A stretch of 57,772 nt of DNA, counting the filler, from Catajapyx aquilonaris (lineage: Eukaryota), in assembly GCA_000934665.2 (NCBI GenBank). It is 2 parts of 2 records of this genome, joined end to end, with 100 filler letters (N's around TTAATTAATTAA, not from the genome) between each part and the next. Parts side by side here need not be neighbours in the genome. Positions count along the whole stretch, not along the records: positions 28,969 to 57,772 come from KZ539239.1; 1 more part is not named here. One strand, written 5' to 3'. Numbering within the stretch: the stretch's first letter is position 1; every line of letters begins with the position of its first letter. The position numbers and the translations under genes were made by a program. Below the pieces are notes generated by a model that had not been told where the DNA came from, searched no databases, and was given only the letters and a program-made list of their open reading frames with translations. Positions 50,262 to 57,772 of the stretch are shown here, piece after piece.

Positions 50262-51551
50262 TCATTGTCCCTGCTGCTGAACAACCTGACCCCGCAGCAG
50301 GATATAAATCTTCTCTTTGATCCAGTTCTTGTTGTACGGAGTGTACGTCTTGGTGGTGCTATGGTACCTACACAAAAATTGTCAATTAAATCATACTCCT
50401 ATCTTGCTCTCAAATATACACTTATGAAAGATGCTTAATTTCTATTAGTTGCTGTGTGCAATGACAAGACAGACAGAACCAAAAAGCACATTTTGAAGCT
50501 TTTATTGCACACAGAAAAGTTGGTTCCGCACTTTGCCACGAGCCACACGACAGGGCCACTCCACAAAATGGTGTCTCCCGAACAGAAAGCGTTCTGTGTC
50601 CTGCAGTTTGCAAAGCTTGGTTCGGTAGTTGCTGTTCAGCAGGCCTTTCGGCGACAGTACGGAGGACGTTACGCCCCTCCCTACAATAATTCAACGGTGG
50701 TTCCATAAGTTTCAGACTACGGAATGCCCTTGCAAGGGCAAGGATCGGTGGATAGGATGTGCACCGGTCAGCAAGGTCTGGTTTTTCTCCAGTGGCCTCC
50801 AAGGTCTCCTGACCTCACCCCGTGTGACTTTTTCCTCTGGGGGTAAGTAAAGGACCAAGTCTTCATACCACGACTACCTACCAGCCTGAGAGTTGAAACG
50901 CAGGATTGCTTGGTGCTGCTGTGGAATCAATCACACCAGACATACTGGCCAGGGTGTGCAGAGAATTGGACTATCTTCTTGATATGTGTCGTGTGATGAC
51001 AAGTGCTCATATTGAGCACTAGTAGTGTGTGCAATAACTTCAAAATGTGCTCTTTTGATCGTTCTGTGTCTGTCTTGTCATTGCACACTGCAACTAATAG
51101 AAATTAAGCAACTTTCAAAAGTTGTCAATCATTTAGGGACACCCTGCAGGGTGTCCCTAAATGATTGACAACTTTTGAAAATGTACTTACACAAGGCAAG
51201 CGAGATCACCCATGCTGTCGATGAAGTTAAACAGCTGGGTAACGTCGTATGTGATCTTCAGCTGATTCGGATACTGGTGCTTCAGATGCTCCTCGTACAT
51301 CTTACAAACACCTGCAAATGCAAGCGCTTAAATATTGCTCTAAAGCGATTACCAAATGTACTACTTACCTTCGATGCAATCATTCACACTCTCATAATCG
51401 CAGTAAGTCCTGCTATTCGCAGTATTGGCCTGGACAAGCAGGATTGTATGACTCTGTAATGGGCATTTTATGTAATTATTTTGGCTGTATGTAACTTTAT
51501 GCAATTGTGCTCATGGTGAAGGAACAATTATTACTGATAATAACTCACCAT
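50262..51551 (-). CDS. ERH: Enhancer of rudimentary homolog, divergent (104 aa); coding exons 51551-51549, 51453-51369, 51311-51191, 50367-50262
   Basis: Spliced: [104 protein letters not shown]. It carries the ERH motifs [29 protein letters not shown] and WIKEKIY. All introns are GT-AG with consistent phases (0, 1, 2). Confidence 0.95.
50419..51180 (+). mobile_element. Tc1/mariner-like deletion derivative in the last ERH intron, circularly permuted
   Basis: Transposase remnants [31 protein letters not shown] and [20 protein letters not shown]. Long TIRs at 50419-50500 and 51038-51146; perfect 68-bp palindrome at 51113-51180. Confidence 0.9.
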
Positions 51552-51963
51552 GTTCAATGTTCGAGTGGTGCTCACACTTCCAGAAGCTTAGATCCTGCAA
51601 GTTTCGAACAGAATAGAATCAAAATCGAACCAAATAGAAGAGGATAGAACCACCATTACCAGCTTTCTCGACCTTTCTCTTGGAAAGCTTACATTCCAAT
51701 GACCATAGATTACACTTACAGCTTATAGCTAAGCTATATACAAGTGATGCCATCTAAAGTCGGATAGTGACAATGAAAATAAAGGCGCAATTATTTGAAT
51801 TCGTCTGGAACAAATAAAATAGACAATACTGCCACAATAATGCACAATACACAGTTAAAATGACGCTTATCTTTATTGCAACGCATAAAACACAAAATGA
51901 GGTTTGCTTAGTGGTGATATCATAATGACATCAGAATGATTAGCAAACAGGAACAATAAACGA

Positions 51964-52920
51964 CAGGGTGTCCCACAAGTCTGGACTCACAGGAGTTTAT
52001 TACATTGTTGTCAATTTGTCATATACAGTAAAACTTCTATAAGTCGAACTTCCCTAAGTCGAAGCTCTCTACAAGTCGAAGATAATGATGAGCTTGGTTG
52101 GTCACAATGTAAAATAATAGAAAATAAACTTCCCTAACTCAAATTTCTATAACTCGAAGTTCTCCATAACTCGAAGTGCAGGCAGGGCCTTACGATGGGA
52201 TATCAATGCATTTTCAGTCTCCCTAAGTCGAAGTTCATGTTGGTGAGTACAGAAAATTGTCTCATTTCCCAGCCGAAGGGTCGAGAGTAGGTCACATGTA
52301 CTGTCAGTCCACCAAGAATTATTGTCACAGCGGCAGCGCACGAACTACAGTCTACGAGCACTTCTCCAATGACTTCTCCCCCCTGGAAGTGCTCGTAACT
52401 GTAGTTCGTGCGCTGCCGCTGCGACAATTCTTGGTGGACTGATAGCACAGAAAGGCTCAATTTCCTGAGATCAGTCTACCAGACGTACTATATTGCTCAA
52501 AAACATATAGAGACGATTTTGCATTTGACTCACGTGCAGCCTGCACTTGAATCAAATGCAAAATCGTCTCTATGTTTTTGAGCAATATAGTACCTAAAGA
52601 AGGGTTTGACTAGATCCTTGAATCTAAGAGGAGATTTTTTTTACAACAAAACAACGAGGAACATTGTAAGTGATAGTTATTTTTAAGTTATGAACACCTT
52701 TCGTTGCTGGATAGGTAGGCTTCCTTATAGAGTTATGCGCTTAAAAAATTCAAAACTTCTCTAACTCGAATCTTCTATAACTCGAAGTTTTTCCCTGGTC
52801 CCATGGAGATTCGACTTATAGAAGATTTACTGTATATGGTACAATATTATGACGTACAGTACAGTGTGAACAATAATGCAATAGGAAACTCCTATGGGTC
52901 CAGACTTGCGGGACACCCTG
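51964..52920. mobile_element. Nested MITE complex between WDR5-like and ERH-like
   Basis: Outer TIR CAGGGTGTCCCACAAGTCTGGAC / GTCCAGACTTGCGGGACACCCTG. Inside is a Tigger-like element at 52026-52832, which itself holds palindromic MITEs at about 52281-52445 and 52486-52592. Confidence 0.85.
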
Positions 52921-52941
52921 TACATAGTTTAAAACAACTGG

Positions 52942-56363
<3,422 letters not shown>

Positions 56364-57176
56364 TTTGTCCAGATTTTTCTTCCAAAACTGATAGGAAGTG
56401 AGACTAGACAGGAAGTGGAGGGTTGCCATCTAGTGCTGGAGATCTAAGGCTGGTTTGAAAAGTGTGTAGATGCTGCCATCTTACAGAGAAAACTATGACT
56501 CATGTTAGGTTAGGTTGGATGAACGTTATTTTAAAAAATTAATAGTACCGGTATGTAAAATATTATTTTGCTCTCCTGGATCATCTACATTTCAGAGAAA
56601 GCACCTGCATAAGACTTGCTAACTGTCAATCTCGCTCAACCTTATTGGGTGTGCGGTATAACAGGCCTATATGCTCTCTTTCGCCTCCGTCAAATCATGC
56701 ACACTTATGCTGCAGCATCGGAATCTTTGTTCCACATGGCGGCATGGAGACTTAAAATTCCACAGGATGTGAACCTTGACTTGAATACCTAAGGGAAATA
56801 AATGGCATTAATTGTGATGGATGAGGCGTTTGAATATGAGGCCTCAGGGAGTGGATTCACAAAGGGTCGCAAATATGAGCATGCCCAATCGCTCAGTTGG
56901 CTCCTAGGTATAAAAAAATATTCAAACAGGCTTAAATGCAACTTTATTGCAAATTACAGGTCTTCACCTCAACCTGCTGGCTACCCGTAGCCATCATCAG
57001 TTCTTGATTGGCTAGAAATATTATTGTTGTATGGACTGAGTTCTCGTGGAATTATTACTTTCTTCCAGAGAAGACTCAGCTGCTCTTCCTTCTGGGCCAG
57101 CACCCAGCAGCCTCTCTCAGATGTCATTCATCTTCCTGTAAAAATACATGGCATAGGCCATAGGATATATGCCAAA

Positions 57177-57308
57177 GTAATATAGTATATAGTATATAGT
57201 ATATAGTATATAGTATATACTATATACTATATAGTATAGTATATATACTATATACTCTATATATTATACTATATACTATATAGTATAGTATATAGTATAT
57301 AGTATATA
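57177..57308. repeat. (TATAG)n/(CTATA)n palindromic simple repeat
   Basis: Directly visible in the sequence. Confidence 0.85.
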
Positions 57309-57500
57309 CAGAGTTGGGTAAGTTACTTTTGAAATGTAACTGGTTACAGTTACAGTTATTCAGTCCAAAAAAGTAACTAGTTACAGTTACAAGTTCCTTT
57401 GACCAAAAAGTAACTAGTTACAGTTACAAGTTCCTTTGACCAAAAAGTAACTAGTTACAGTTACAGGTACAGTTACAGTTACTCATGAAGTTACTTTTCC
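57309..57500. mobile_element. Probable MITE end with GTAAC/GTTAC subterminal motifs and 37-bp tandem units
   Basis: Starts CAGAGTTGGGTAAGTTACTTT; GTAACTAG recurs at 57373, 57410 and 57447. The partner end is not seen in the window. Confidence 0.55.
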
Positions 57501-57772
57501 GTGGTCTGTCACCGCTGCTGCTGTAGATGGATGGGGGATTCCCCATTTCTCCCTGAAATACGAATCATACAGCATAACACCGTGGTCAAAAAAACGATCA
57601 GCCTCGATTTACTTTTAATAATAGCTGCTTTTCAAAGTTTGCATCTGTAAGCTTTCCCCCTCTCGGAGTAAAACTTTTACGTCATGTCGTAACAAGCACC
57701 CAAAAATGCGGAAAAATGAGGTGCTCCGGACCTGTGAAGCCGATTTTTATATTTAGCTATAACCTATCGGCA

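Noticed and set aside
51175..51459. Plus-strand 94-aa ORF (also 52803-53324 and 50238-50438)
   Set aside because: These are antisense shadows of the ERH-like and WDR5-like exons.

Overview
Eukaryotic, most likely arthropod (insect-like), genomic DNA made of two pieces joined by an artificial 100-bp spacer (44 N + TTAATTAATTAA + 44 N at 28869-28968). The left piece (1-28868) is gene-poor. It holds the last two coding exons of a + strand Ig-superfamily gene with a GPI-anchor-type C-terminus (Lachesin/DIP-like), embedded in large introns full of cryptic simple repeats and MITEs. The right piece (28969-57772) is dense in SINEs and MITEs and carries four spliced genes, which I reconstructed by hand from GT-AG junctions. 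All four are divergent copies of normally highly conserved proteins: (1) a chromo-shadow-domain-only HP1-like gene (+, 71 aa); (2) an Arf-family GTPase gene (-) with an altered DVGGQ motif and a single in-frame TAG at a conserved Trp; (3) an Enhancer-of-rudimentary (ERH) homolog (-, 104 aa) that the ORF track misses; (4) a WDR5/wds-like gene (-, 322 aa) with His at the WIN-site Phe263 position. The best candidate for an undescribed system is this cluster of divergent chromatin/RNA-silencing adaptors (CSD-only HP1, ERH, WDR5). Other highlights are a circularly permuted mariner-like element with a TIR-TIR junction, a foldback element carrying an intact exon, and a duplicated structured 5' leader upstream of the Arf-like gene. 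All family assignments come from recalled motifs, not database searches.
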